Below, one piece after another: positions 21,392 through 31,818 of a DNA stretch of 64,000 nt. The translations under genes were made by a program, and so were the position numbers. The DNA is from Nanobdellota archaeon (lineage in GTDB: Archaea > Nanobdellota > Nanobdellia > Woesearchaeales > WJKV01), in contig JAGLWF010000005.1 in the NCBI GenBank assembly GCA_023133595.1, positions 29,640 to 93,639 of the forward strand, in the 5' to 3' direction. The notes below the pieces were generated by a model. The model worked only from the letters and a program-made list of their open reading frames with translations, did not search any database and was not told the origin of the DNA. Every line of letters starts with the position of its first letter. Positions within the stretch are counted from its first letter, which is position 1.

Positions 21392-22185
21392 GTCAGCCTC
21401 TTCACTTCAATTGAGATCGCATCTTTATTTACTTTGTTATATCTAGGACATTTCACATGTTCGTATCTGTTTGCTTCACAATATTCAATGATTTTATTCA
21501 TCTCATCTTCATTCTCAAACTCAACAACAACACATATCCCATTAGATTCAGGGTATAGTATCTTGAAATCTTTCAGATCTGCCTTGATCTTGTTGCAGTG
21601 CTGTCGAAACAAACTATACCTATCTGCCAATCGATCCAGTTTCCGATTTAAAAGCTTGATCATGGAAGCATCAAGTTCATGTTCAAACCTATCAAACATT
21701 GTTGATGCTAATTCCCAGATCTCCTTATTGTTTGTCGCGAAAAATCCTCCATGTCCAAGATCAACAGGTTTCCATTCACTGAAACTCCCAACAACAATAT
21801 CAGCACCAGACATCTCCACATCAGCATTGCCTATGCTTCCAGATGCATCAAGGATAAAGAAAGATACATTATTTCGTACCATTTTTAAATCGTGCTGCAC
21901 AAAATATCCCCCAGGCTGTGTCACAACATAAGCTGTAGCAGTATCGCTGTCAAAAGATTCTTGTGTGATCATTGCATCTTTAGTCGGATATTCATCGAAT
22001 GGCACACCTAATTTCTTAGGATAATCTTTGTACTTGAACCATCCACCCTGGTCAGGGATACGTAGATGATAACCCATTGTAGAAACGACATAGAATGCTG
22101 CATAGATTGCATTATTCCCTCTCTTCAATATCTTGACATATTTGCATCCTGTCAATTTTTTCAGTTTCTCAATCACTTTTTCCAT
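21388..22185 (-). CDS. PLP-dependent transferase, DegT/DnrJ-like fold
   Basis: RGNNAI, IPDQGGW, ILDASGSIG, GSFSEWKPVDLGHGG (PLP lysine). Confidence 0.65.
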   Translation of the reverse strand: MEKVIEKLKKLTGCKYVKILKRGNNAIYAAFYVVSTMGYHLRIPDQGGWFKYKDYPKKLGVPFDEYPTKDAMITQESFDSDTATAYVVTQPGGYFVQHDLKMVRNNVSFFILDASGSIGNADVEMSGADIVVGSFSEWKPVDLGHGGFFATNNKEIWELASTMFDRFEHELDASMIKLLNRKLDRLADRYSLFRQHCNKIKADLKDFKILYPESNGICVVVEFENEDEMNKIIEYCEANRYEHVKCPRYNKVNKDAISIEVKRLT

Positions 22186-22193
22186 TTTCAATC

Positions 22194-23132
22194 TTATTTC
22201 GATTTCTTGAACTTTGCAACAAAAAATCCTTCTGTATCATTATCCTGCGGCCAGATACGAAGACATTTCCTGACATCTGGATGATACTTTTCTCCTTCAA
22301 ACTCAAGAACAGGAGGACTTCGTTTGATATCAAGCAAAATATTCTGCATTCTCATATCTTTAAATTTGTTCAGCACATGCGAAACAATGCCTTCGTTCTC
22401 TTCTGGCTCGCATGAACAGGTTGAATAAACCATTGTCCCGCTTGGTTTTAATAATAAATATGCAGTCTCGACTAATTGTTTCTGCATGCCTGCTAATCTC
22501 TTGACCATGATTGGATTCCAAATTCGCACAGTTTTGTAACTCTTTCTTATTGTTCCTGTTCCTGAACACGGGGCATCAACAAGAATCCGGTCAAACATCA
22601 ATCCTTTGTCCTTGAACTGCTGTCCTTTCATCCGTGTGATGATCGCGTTTGTTATTCCGCAACGTTCCATATTGATTCCTAAAGATTTCATCCGGTCACT
22701 GGAGATGTCATTCGCAACAATCAGGCCTTTGTTCTTCATCATTGCTGCGATCTCTGTTGTCTTGCTTCCTGGTGCAGCACACATATCCAGCACACGCTCT
22801 CCAGGTTTTGCACCTAGTGCTAAAGGAGGGATCATGCTTGCAGCTTCCTGGACATAGATATAACCTAAAGAATGTTCAATTGTATTTCCAATATCACGTC
22901 TTCCTTCTTTATGTTCTATCCAGAAGCCTTCCTTGCACCACATAACCTGCTTCAGGTTCCAGTTCTTCATTCTTTTCTTCAGTTCTGCAACAGAAATCTT
23001 CAAAGTGTTCACGCGAATCGACCTTCTGAGATACTCCATAGATATTTTTTCAAAAGTCTTCCAGTCAGTAAGGGCGGAGTATCTATCTACAAATTTAGGC
23101 TTGAATTCTAGTTTTGATGCTTCTTCTGCCAT
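22194..23132 (-). CDS. RsmB/NOP2-family RNA m5C methyltransferase
   Basis: QEAASMIP, DMCAAPGSKT, DAPCSGTG, YSTCS..PEENE. Confidence 0.95.
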   Translation of the reverse strand: MAEEASKLEFKPKFVDRYSALTDWKTFEKISMEYLRRSIRVNTLKISVAELKKRMKNWNLKQVMWCKEGFWIEHKEGRRDIGNTIEHSLGYIYVQEAASMIPPLALGAKPGERVLDMCAAPGSKTTEIAAMMKNKGLIVANDISSDRMKSLGINMERCGITNAIITRMKGQQFKDKGLMFDRILVDAPCSGTGTIRKSYKTVRIWNPIMVKRLAGMQKQLVETAYLLLKPSGTMVYSTCSCEPEENEGIVSHVLNKFKDMRMQNILLDIKRSPPVLEFEGEKYHPDVRKCLRIWPQDNDTEGFFVAKFKKSK

Positions 23133-23223
23133 AAAAAAGAACTAGAATCATGCTATTATAAAGGTTTTGCTTCATCCACAAGATTTATATAGATTAGAAC
23201 CTACAAAACAATCAGGTGATCAG

Positions 23224-23730
23224 ATGACAGTACTAAGCAGGAAATTTCTACAGAAGGAGATTAAGGCAAAGAGATTAGTCATAAGTCCGTATAATCCTAA
23301 GAATGTTGGTCCTGGTTCTATTGATCTGACTCTAAGCAACACAATCAGAAAGTTCAAGGAGATATGGCGGACGTTTGATGTGAATGAAGCTGCTGATTAC
23401 AAGAATATAACAGAGAAAGTAAAAATCAAAGAATATTATATAATGGAGCCAGAAGAGACAATACTTGCGATCACAAAAGAAAAAATAACATTGCCAGAAG
23501 ATTTATGCGGTTGGATCTTCACAAGAAGCAGGTTCGCAAGATTAGGCTTGATAACAGACACTTCATTTGTCCAGCCAGGAAGTTCGAACAAGCCTGTTCT
23601 GGAGATACATAATCTTGGTCCACGACCATTGGCAATATATCCAGGAACAAAAGTATGCCAGATAGTTATCGGACAGACAAAAGGTGCTGCAAAGTACAAA
23701 GGAAAGTTCAAACTACAGAAAGATGTTTAG
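23224..23730 (+). CDS. dcd: dCTP deaminase
   Basis: GPGSIDLTL, RSRFARLG, VLEIHN, VCQI; ATG 23224 after CAGGTGA. Confidence 0.85.
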   Translation: MTVLSRKFLQKEIKAKRLVISPYNPKNVGPGSIDLTLSNTIRKFKEIWRTFDVNEAADYKNITEKVKIKEYYIMEPEETILAITKEKITLPEDLCGWIFTRSRFARLGLITDTSFVQPGSSNKPVLEIHNLGPRPLAIYPGTKVCQIVIGQTKGAAKYKGKFKLQKDV

Positions 23731-25391
23731 ATTTTCTTGACCATATATGGTCCTTCTTTTTTATAACCTTTCTTCTTGTAATAATTTTTCACACCAATAC
23801 CGGATATGACCACCATCTTTTTCTTTTTATTCTTCTTTGCAAGATCTTCTGCAGTCTGCAAAAGCAGCTTGCCCATCCCTTTATGCTGTATTTCTCCTCT
23901 TTTTCCGATCTGCGCAGCAGCGCCATAGACATGAAGCTCCCTTATGAGGGCAGAATCTTTTGTGATCTCTTTTCGTAGAGCTTTGGCTGGTAATCTCATT
24001 CGCAAGAAACCATAGATATGATTCCTGTCTTCGATTGAGATAAAGAATTCCTGCCCTCCAGAAGCTTCGTAATTATTGATTATCAGTTCCTGTTTGCCGT
24101 CTCGTTTGAAGTACGGCATTGGTTCCCGGCACCGGATACATTTGCATTTCCACTTTTTCTTTTTCATTTCTTTTTCAATGTACTGTCGAAGATTAGTTCT
24201 CTTGACACCAGCCTCAATCTCACGCGAAGAGATATCTCGCTGGATTCGCATTATTCTGCAGTACTCAGGGACATGTCTCTTGAAATTTGCAATCAATCTG
24301 GCAGCACTGTCTGTAGTCAATGGATTATATTCTTCATTCTTCCATCTGTCGTACAACTTTGTCCCACGAATAACCATGCACGGATAGATCTTAAGCATAT
24401 CCGGCCTGAAACTAGGATCCCAGAACAATTGCTTCATCCCTTCGAAATCTTTTTTCATGGAAAGGCCAGGAAGTCCAGGCATGTAGTGCGCATTTATCTT
24501 AAGACCAAGATCTTTCAATATCTTGAATGATTTGATAGTGTCCAGAACAGTATGCCCTCTCTCGATCTCCTGCAAAGCTTCGTCATAGACAGACTGGACT
24601 CCGACTTCAACACGAGTCGCACCTAATCTCAACATTTCATTCGCATGCTTCAGCATAGCATAATCCGGGCGTGTCTCAATTGTCAGACCAACGCATTTGA
24701 TCATAGAATCTTCATTTCTTTCCTGTTCTGTCTCAAGCTTCACATCTTTTGAAGCGCCTTTCATCTTCAGGAGCCGTTGATGGATCCGTTTCACTCTCTC
24801 AGGAGCTCCAACCTCGCCAGGCATCTCAAACAATCTTTTGAACAAATCAATGTCAAGTTCCCCATCGTCAAAGAAAACATCAGAGAAATCATTCATTGCC
24901 TTGAATGCGAATTTGATAAAGTTGTCACGATATGTTTTTGGATAAGAAATAAAAGTCCCTCCCATAATGATCAGTTCAATCTTTTCAGGAAGATGTCCCA
25001 TCACAATATATTGTTCCAGGCGATTGATAACTTGAAGATACGGATCATACTTGTTCCGGATACCACGCAATGTTGCTGGTTCGTGCCCAGTATAGGATTG
25101 AGGGACATCACCAAAAACAGAACCAACACCACCAGGACAGTAAGCGCATTTGCCGTGCGGACATTTGTAGGGCTTTGTCATGATTGCAACAACAGCAACA
25201 CCAGACCCAGTACGCACAGGTTTTGTCTTCAGTTCAACATCAGTATTCAGTTGGACCTGGATATCTGTAGGAACTTTCTTCATATTATGCTTTTTGCAGA
25301 GCTTGACTTTTAGCTTAGCTAGCTCTATCTTAGATAGTTGTTTCTGCTTCAGAGCTGTTTCTAGCTCTTTATAAAATCCAGCCTCACTCAT
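23727..25391 (-). CDS. elp3: Elp3 tRNA U34 acetyltransferase (radical SAM + KAT)
   Basis: CPHGKCAYCPGG, IETRPD, LKIYPC, RIQRDI, IRELHVYG, QHKGMGK, VISGIGV. Confidence 0.96.
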   Translation of the reverse strand: MSEAGFYKELETALKQKQLSKIELAKLKVKLCKKHNMKKVPTDIQVQLNTDVELKTKPVRTGSGVAVVAIMTKPYKCPHGKCAYCPGGVGSVFGDVPQSYTGHEPATLRGIRNKYDPYLQVINRLEQYIVMGHLPEKIELIIMGGTFISYPKTYRDNFIKFAFKAMNDFSDVFFDDGELDIDLFKRLFEMPGEVGAPERVKRIHQRLLKMKGASKDVKLETEQERNEDSMIKCVGLTIETRPDYAMLKHANEMLRLGATRVEVGVQSVYDEALQEIERGHTVLDTIKSFKILKDLGLKINAHYMPGLPGLSMKKDFEGMKQLFWDPSFRPDMLKIYPCMVIRGTKLYDRWKNEEYNPLTTDSAARLIANFKRHVPEYCRIMRIQRDISSREIEAGVKRTNLRQYIEKEMKKKKWKCKCIRCREPMPYFKRDGKQELIINNYEASGGQEFFISIEDRNHIYGFLRMRLPAKALRKEITKDSALIRELHVYGAAAQIGKRGEIQHKGMGKLLLQTAEDLAKKNKKKKMVVISGIGVKNYYKKKGYKKEGPYMVKKI

Positions 25392-25425
25392 ACTAAGAAT
25401 ATCCTATGATAACTCTTTAAAAAGG

Positions 25426-28017
25426 TTATGCGTGCCCCCGAACCATCTTCCAAATCTCCCTGATCACAAAGATAGACACTGCGATCAGGATCACAAAACC
25501 CCAATCGTAGAGATTAAGAGGCACTGTCCTGAAGAACTGGTTCAGTGGAGTATAGATTACTGCGATCTGCAGGAAAAGGGATATGATAACTGCATACCAT
25601 AATTTCTTATTTGCCCATACACCGACCTTAAACAATGAATGATGCAGTGATCTGCAATTAAACACATGCACCAGTTGGAACATCACTAGTGTTGTGAATG
25701 CCATTGTCCGTGCATAATCCATCTGCACTGCAGGCTTGTAGAGCCAATAAATTCCAAGAGTGCCAATACACATTATAATACCAATGATGATTACTCTCTG
25801 CAGGCCATGATTCCCAAGGATCTTTGTCTCTTTTTTTCTCGGTGGACGTTCCATCACACCTGGTTCTTTTGGGTCCACACCCAAAGCAAGAGCAGGAAGC
25901 CCATCAGTGATAAGATTCATCCATAGGATCTGGATTGCGATCAATGGATAACCAATCTTCATCAGTACACCTAAGAAAACTGCAAGAACTTCGCCTGCAT
26001 TGCACGATAATAAGAACTCAACAAACTTTTCTATGTTGTCATATATAGTACGTCCTTCTTCAACAGCATTGACAATAGATGAAAAATTATCATCAGTAAG
26101 TATCATATCAGAAGCTTCTTTTGAGACGTCTGTTCCAGTGATACCCATTGCAATGCCAATGTCAGCTGCTTTCAATGCAGGCGCGTCATTCACACCATCA
26201 CCGGTCATTGCAACAACATGACCGTTCTTCTGCAGAGCTTCTACAATCCTCATCTTATGTTCAGGGTCTACGCGTGCATAGATAGCAATCTTATCAACAA
26301 CATCAGCAAGATTTCCCATCTTGTCCAGTTCTTCCCCTGTAACAGCACGCCCTTCAATACCTAATTCTTTTGCAACAGCTTTTGCAGTCTCTATGTAATC
26401 ACCAGTTATCATGACAACCTTGATCTTTGCAGTCTTACATTTTGCAACAGATGTTATTGCTTCTTTCCGTGGCGGATCAATCATGCCCTGCAGTCCGACA
26501 AATATCAAACTTTCTTCTGTGACTTTTCCAAACTTCACTTCTTTATACGCAAAACCAAGAACACGCAATGCCTGCCTTGCAAATATCTTATTCTGTTCAA
26601 GAGCTTTTGCTTTCAGGTCACGCGAAAACACGCGCGCCTCTCCATCAATCAGCACTTTTGTGCATTTTAGGATAATCACATCAGGCGCACCTTTTACTAA
26701 TGCAAACTTTTTTCCTTTAATCTTGTGCACTGTTGTCATCAGTTTCCGTTTAGAATCAAATGGAAGCTCTTCAATACGCAGACTAGTCTTTTCCAGGTCA
26801 ACTTTCACAAGTCCTTTTTTTGCGGCACTCACCAAAAGCGCAACTTCTGTAGGATCTCCAACAACCTCTTCACCAAGAGAACCATTATTGCACAACACCC
26901 CAATCTTCAATAATTGTTTCAGGCTCGGACTGTCTGCACTGAACTTTCCTTCTGTGCTATAGCCGTCGCCAGTGACAGTTAGCTCTTTACCATCGACAAA
27001 CACTTTTGTCACAGTCATCTCATTGTGCGTCAATGTCCCAGTCTTATCAGAACATATCACAGTTGTACATCCTAGTGTCTCAACAGACGGCAAAGTACGT
27101 ATCAATACATTCTTCTTTGATAATTTCTGCATGCCTAAAGATAGTGTGATCGTGACAACAGCTGGAAGTCCTTCTGGAACAGCTGCAACAGCAAGACTGA
27201 TAGATGCTAGAAAGATTTCCATCAATGGATATCCAGAAGAATAACCAGTAAAAAAGACAATACCACAAATGAGAATCACAAACACTGCAAGCAATTTAGA
27301 GAATCGTTTTAATTTCAATTGCAATGGTGTTAGCGGAGATTTTGCAGATTCAATTGACTTTGCAATCTTTCCCAGCTCTGTTTTCATTCCTGTTTCTGTG
27401 ACAATAGCTTTTCCATGGCCGCGAGTGACAATAGTTCCTGCATACAACATGCTTGCGCGATCACCCAGTGCGCAAATCTTTTCCATTGCATGTTCTGTCT
27501 TATCATTAGGAACACTTTCCCCAGTAAGAGAAGCTTCTTGCGTCTGTAATGCTATAGCTTCGATAATACGAGCATCTGCTGGAATCTTCCCCCCCTCTTC
27601 AATGATAAGTATATCCCCAGGCACAATTTCTGTTGCATCGATCCGTTCCTGCGAACCACTGCGAAGGACAAGAGCTTTCAGCGAAGCTAACTTCTGCAGG
27701 GCTTCGATCGATTTCTCAGCTTTGAACTCTTGATAGAAACCAAGCACTGCATTAAGAATCAAAATAATAGCAATCACAGTCATATCAATATATTCTCCAG
27801 TGATCCCAGAGATGACTGTGGCAAATATCAGGATCCAGATCAGGAAATCCTTGAACTGTGAAAGAAATATTTGTAGTGCAGAAATATGCTTCTCTCTCTT
27901 GATCTCATTCTTGCCATACTTCTCCAACCTTTCTCTTGCATCTTCCTCAGAAATCCCGCTCACGCTGCCATTGAGTTCACTGATTACCTTGACAACAGGT
28001 GTCTTATAGTATTCCAT
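25426..28017 (-). CDS. P-type Ca2+-transporting ATPase (type IIA)
   Basis: LTGES, VPEGLP, CSDKTGTLT, KGAP, MTGDGVNDAPAL; ATG 28017 after GAGGTGA. Confidence 0.95.
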   Translation of the reverse strand: MEYYKTPVVKVISELNGSVSGISEEDARERLEKYGKNEIKREKHISALQIFLSQFKDFLIWILIFATVISGITGEYIDMTVIAIILILNAVLGFYQEFKAEKSIEALQKLASLKALVLRSGSQERIDATEIVPGDILIIEEGGKIPADARIIEAIALQTQEASLTGESVPNDKTEHAMEKICALGDRASMLYAGTIVTRGHGKAIVTETGMKTELGKIAKSIESAKSPLTPLQLKLKRFSKLLAVFVILICGIVFFTGYSSGYPLMEIFLASISLAVAAVPEGLPAVVTITLSLGMQKLSKKNVLIRTLPSVETLGCTTVICSDKTGTLTHNEMTVTKVFVDGKELTVTGDGYSTEGKFSADSPSLKQLLKIGVLCNNGSLGEEVVGDPTEVALLVSAAKKGLVKVDLEKTSLRIEELPFDSKRKLMTTVHKIKGKKFALVKGAPDVIILKCTKVLIDGEARVFSRDLKAKALEQNKIFARQALRVLGFAYKEVKFGKVTEESLIFVGLQGMIDPPRKEAITSVAKCKTAKIKVVMITGDYIETAKAVAKELGIEGRAVTGEELDKMGNLADVVDKIAIYARVDPEHKMRIVEALQKNGHVVAMTGDGVNDAPALKAADIGIAMGITGTDVSKEASDMILTDDNFSSIVNAVEEGRTIYDNIEKFVEFLLSCNAGEVLAVFLGVLMKIGYPLIAIQILWMNLITDGLPALALGVDPKEPGVMERPPRKKETKILGNHGLQRVIIIGIIMCIGTLGIYWLYKPAVQMDYARTMAFTTLVMFQLVHVFNCRSLHHSLFKVGVWANKKLWYAVIISLFLQIAVIYTPLNQFFRTVPLNLYDWGFVILIAVSIFVIREIWKMVRGHA

Positions 28018-28134
28018 TTCACCTCTCATTTAAAAAGAAGGTCTATATCTATAAATATGTTTCTATAATATTAAGAAAAGAAAGATTTATTATAATGTAT
28101 TGTAATATAGATATGAATTCGAGGAAAGCAATAA

Positions 28135-29247
28135 ATGGATGCGAAAAAGTTAGTCCAAAAATATCTCACTCTTGCAGATATCCAGATAAATGGAAAGAGA
28201 CTGTGGGATATCCAGGTCCACAACCCCAAATTATATACCAGAGTCTTGGCAGGAGGTTCTCTTGCTCTAGGTGAATCTTATATGGACGGATGGTGGGACT
28301 GCAAAGCGCTTGATGAATTCTTCTACAGGATCCTGAAAAGCAGGCTGGACAAGAAAGTCAAGGATTGGAAACAGCTTATAGCCAGTGTAATCAAAGCAAA
28401 GATAGTGAACCTGCAAAGCAGGACAAAAGCTTATGAAATCGGAAAGAGGCATTATGACATTGGCAACGACTTATACAAGAACATGCTGGACAAGCGGATG
28501 GTCTACAGCTGTGGATATTGGAAGAATGCAAAGATTCTTGATAAAGCACAAGAGGTAAAATTAGATTTGATATGCAAAAAACTAGGACTAAAACCAGGAA
28601 TGAAAATCTTAGATATTGGCTGTGGCTGGGGCAGTCTGGCAAAATATGCTGCAGAAAAATATAAAGTGAAAGTAGTAGGTATCACTATTTCTAGAGAACA
28701 AGCGAAATTAGCTCGTGAAATGTGCAAAGGACTTTCTGTCGAGATTCGGTTGCAGGATTATCGAAAATTAAGAGAAAAGTTTGATCGCATTGTCTCTGTC
28801 GGCATGTTCGAGCATGTCGGATATAAAAATTACAAGACATACATGGAAGTTGTCAGCCGTTGCCTGAAACCAAATGGTTTGTTCTTGCTGCACACAATCG
28901 CAGGAAACACTTCTGCAAAAACAACAGATCCTTGGATCAGCAAATACATTTTTCCAAATTCAATGCTTCCTTCTGCAAAACAGATCACAACAGCATATGA
29001 AGGATTATTCATACTCGAAGACTGGCACAGTTTTGGAATAGATTATGATAAAACTTTAATGGCTTGGTACAAGAATTTCACAAAGACCTGGAGCAAGATA
29101 AAAAAAGATTATGACACTCGTTTCTATCGCATGTGGGAATATTATCTGCTTGCTTGCGCAGGAACATTCAGGTCTGGAGATAACCAACTCTGGCAGATTG
29201 TACTTTCAAAGGGTGGGGTAAAAAACGGTTATAAAAGTATACGTTAA
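28135..29247 (+). CDS. cfa: Cyclopropane-fatty-acyl-phospholipid synthase
   Basis: LGESYMDGWW, HYDIGNDLY, YSCGYW, LDIGCGWG, SVGMFEHVG, YIFPNS, RMWEYYL. Confidence 0.92.
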   Translation: MDAKKLVQKYLTLADIQINGKRLWDIQVHNPKLYTRVLAGGSLALGESYMDGWWDCKALDEFFYRILKSRLDKKVKDWKQLIASVIKAKIVNLQSRTKAYEIGKRHYDIGNDLYKNMLDKRMVYSCGYWKNAKILDKAQEVKLDLICKKLGLKPGMKILDIGCGWGSLAKYAAEKYKVKVVGITISREQAKLAREMCKGLSVEIRLQDYRKLREKFDRIVSVGMFEHVGYKNYKTYMEVVSRCLKPNGLFLLHTIAGNTSAKTTDPWISKYIFPNSMLPSAKQITTAYEGLFILEDWHSFGIDYDKTLMAWYKNFTKTWSKIKKDYDTRFYRMWEYYLLACAGTFRSGDNQLWQIVLSKGGVKNGYKSIR

Positions 29248-30086
29248 TCCTCTAAACTCTTAAATTCTTTTAACTTTTTCCAAGGGATGTTGTTTTTCTC
29301 AAAGATTTCCTTCAACCGGATCTTGTCTTTGCCAGAAAGACCTTTCCATTCCATGACAGCAATGGTTGCTTTTGGTTCTGTTTTCTCGAAAGCCTGAAGA
29401 ATAGTCTCTTCTTTCACATCTGCAACAGCATACTTTGGCATGATATGCCCAACAGCTACATTATCCGCGTATTCATCGCGCGAGAACACAGGAGCGTAAT
29501 GCGGACCGCCGAATCCGACTGCGACTGAAACTTCTTTTCCCTTATTATTCTTATTGTCATCATTCGCAGTAAGAATGCATTTGCAGACAAAACGCACAGC
29601 ATCCATATCATTCCATTCAACTTCAGAAGCACCGACTTCGACAAACATGATAGGCGCATTCATTGAACTCGGACCGTGATGCGTCACTTCATAACTCTTC
29701 TGGTATTCTTTGCTTGGATATTTTTTTAACTCTTTCAGCATGTTTCTAAGATAAAGTGCAGGTGCAACAGCTAATTCTTCATCCTTGCCACCTAGTCCAG
29801 CTTCGAGCCAGTTTCCAGGGGAATGACAGGAAAGCAGCTTGACCCCTCCTTCTGATTTATGGGACGAAGCAACAATATATATCTCAGGAGGCTCTTCAAA
29901 ATATTCATTCACATGTTCAATCGGAATGACATTACTATTCAAGGTGACAAGAACAAAATCATCTTTTCTATACACAGGATTATCATCAACAACCTGTTCA
30001 GTCTTGACAAATCCTAGCTCTTCTACAAACACTTTGAACATGTTCATAGAAGCAATATTTTCTTTTGCAGTGATTATGACTTTCAT
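29244..30086 (-). CDS. dtdA: D-aminoacyl-tRNA deacylase (archaeal DTD2)
   Basis: SSHKS, HSPGNW, EVTHHGP, FVEVG, GFGGPHYAP, GHIMPKY. Confidence 0.92.
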   Translation of the reverse strand: MKVIITAKENIASMNMFKVFVEELGFVKTEQVVDDNPVYRKDDFVLVTLNSNVIPIEHVNEYFEEPPEIYIVASSHKSEGGVKLLSCHSPGNWLEAGLGGKDEELAVAPALYLRNMLKELKKYPSKEYQKSYEVTHHGPSSMNAPIMFVEVGASEVEWNDMDAVRFVCKCILTANDDNKNNKGKEVSVAVGFGGPHYAPVFSRDEYADNVAVGHIMPKYAVADVKEETILQAFEKTEPKATIAVMEWKGLSGKDKIRLKEIFEKNNIPWKKLKEFKSLED

Positions 30087-31777
30087 TCCATTCCCCATTT
30101 GGAAGCACTATTTAAAACTGTAGCTTTTTCTCGAGTTATTAGATATAATTCTGGAGATGAGATCTCTTTTGGGTCAAAGTTTGGAACAGCCATCAATGGC
30201 ACGCCTACATGAGTTTTATTAGAGATATTTGTGATATCATCGAGTCCCATGAACTTTCCAAACTCGTAAGCAGAGTAACAAGTATTACAAAAGTGAACAT
30301 TTTCAGTCAGATAGCTTCCGATATAAGTAACTTCATCTTTTGTTCTATGATCAAGCCCGACTTCAGCATTATTTATCAGCACGATATAATGGTCGTACAT
30401 TCCGCAATAGCTTCCTTCTTTTTTCACTGCTTCTGTTGTGCACTTCAATGATCCCCATGATAAGCAGGAAAGATCATTCTCCCTGCTGATCCGATTGATG
30501 CTCACATCCTTACGAAGCTCGTTGAATCCAGGCATTGAGAAGATGCCATTCGCATGCTTCTCAACATGAAGTGCAAACTTGGCAAAGTCTGTGTAATCAA
30601 CAGGCACGAATAGGATATTAAACTTATTCTTCTCTTCTTCAACACAGATCCTGTTTGCAATTGCATATTTTCCCAACCGAGTTATATCTGCAATAAGATA
30701 GTCTCCTTCAATGCGGGAATCAATTATTCCCCATTCTGTTCCATCAAAGAACATCAATATTGGATCATAAGAATTTTTAGTGTTCAGGAACATTGTTCCT
30801 TCTCCGAATTCGTGTTCTGTTGAAAATTCAAACATATCAGTGAAATCAAATCCAGTCTCGTTCGCAGAAACTCTATCGATTTTTATCCGCTTTGGTATCC
30901 GTGTTGAGATAGAAACAGGAACTTTATTCTCTTCGACAAGAACAAATGTGTAAAACTCAGTCTTGTCATCTTTCTTATAGCAGCCTTCGATATAATTGTC
31001 ATCAGTAAGCTGGAATATTAATTTTTTATCTTCACCAGCATGCCTCATCACAACTTTTCCTGGCTTGGCAGGAACTAGATACTTTATCCCATTCCGGAAT
31101 TCAAAAATATCAATGATATCTTCCATCTTTGTGTTGAAAAAGAATTGCAGGATACTATTGCCAACCATATAATCATTATCATTCACAACATACTTGATAT
31201 TATCTCCGACACAGCCAATTATTTCAATATTCAAGGCCTTATCCAGGAGAAAGTCAACATCAAGAGCAACATCGTGGGAAACAATATCAGACACTTTAAG
31301 ATAAAGTTCATTCAGGCGAAGAGGAAATATGACACGAAACTTCTCTTCAGATATAGTAAGATCTTTTTGTTTTATTGTGAGAGGCCATTCGACCTCTGCA
31401 ATGAAGTTTTCTTTTTGCACTTTGACAGATGAATTAATCTCACCAGGAATCACTTCAAATTCCTGGAAAGCGTCAAAGTTCGCGCACAAAGCAACATTAT
31501 CATTGAGATAGTCTGAGATGATCGTCTCAATCTCTTCGATTGCTGGTAGCTTTTTTTCTTCTGCTTCTGCTGCAGCCTGGATCAATGCGACCATTGCCTG
31601 TTGTTCGATACAATTGTCAACATACGGCCTGACATTCATCACAGAAGCTGAGAAATGTTCAACCTTTTCTGCTTCTGCGCCTGCTTTTGGAGCATACACA
31701 AGATACAAAACTATTCCAGCTACAACAACAAGAATCAATCCGATCACAATAAAAACTGTTACTTGACCTCTTTTCAT
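30083..31777 (-). CDS. Class III signal peptide protein with degenerate M64-like peptidase domain
   Basis: MKRG/QVTVFIVIGLILVV; YVDNCI block as in the 5' paralogs; C-terminal FNILFVPVDY...YEFGKFMGLDD. Confidence 0.75.
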   Translation of the reverse strand: MKRGQVTVFIVIGLILVVVAGIVLYLVYAPKAGAEAEKVEHFSASVMNVRPYVDNCIEQQAMVALIQAAAEAEEKKLPAIEEIETIISDYLNDNVALCANFDAFQEFEVIPGEINSSVKVQKENFIAEVEWPLTIKQKDLTISEEKFRVIFPLRLNELYLKVSDIVSHDVALDVDFLLDKALNIEIIGCVGDNIKYVVNDNDYMVGNSILQFFFNTKMEDIIDIFEFRNGIKYLVPAKPGKVVMRHAGEDKKLIFQLTDDNYIEGCYKKDDKTEFYTFVLVEENKVPVSISTRIPKRIKIDRVSANETGFDFTDMFEFSTEHEFGEGTMFLNTKNSYDPILMFFDGTEWGIIDSRIEGDYLIADITRLGKYAIANRICVEEEKNKFNILFVPVDYTDFAKFALHVEKHANGIFSMPGFNELRKDVSINRISRENDLSCLSWGSLKCTTEAVKKEGSYCGMYDHYIVLINNAEVGLDHRTKDEVTYIGSYLTENVHFCNTCYSAYEFGKFMGLDDITNISNKTHVGVPLMAVPNFDPKEISSPELYLITREKATVLNSASKWGME

Positions 31778-31818
31778 TAAATTATGCTACAGAAAAACAG
31801 TTTAAAAACCTATGCTTT

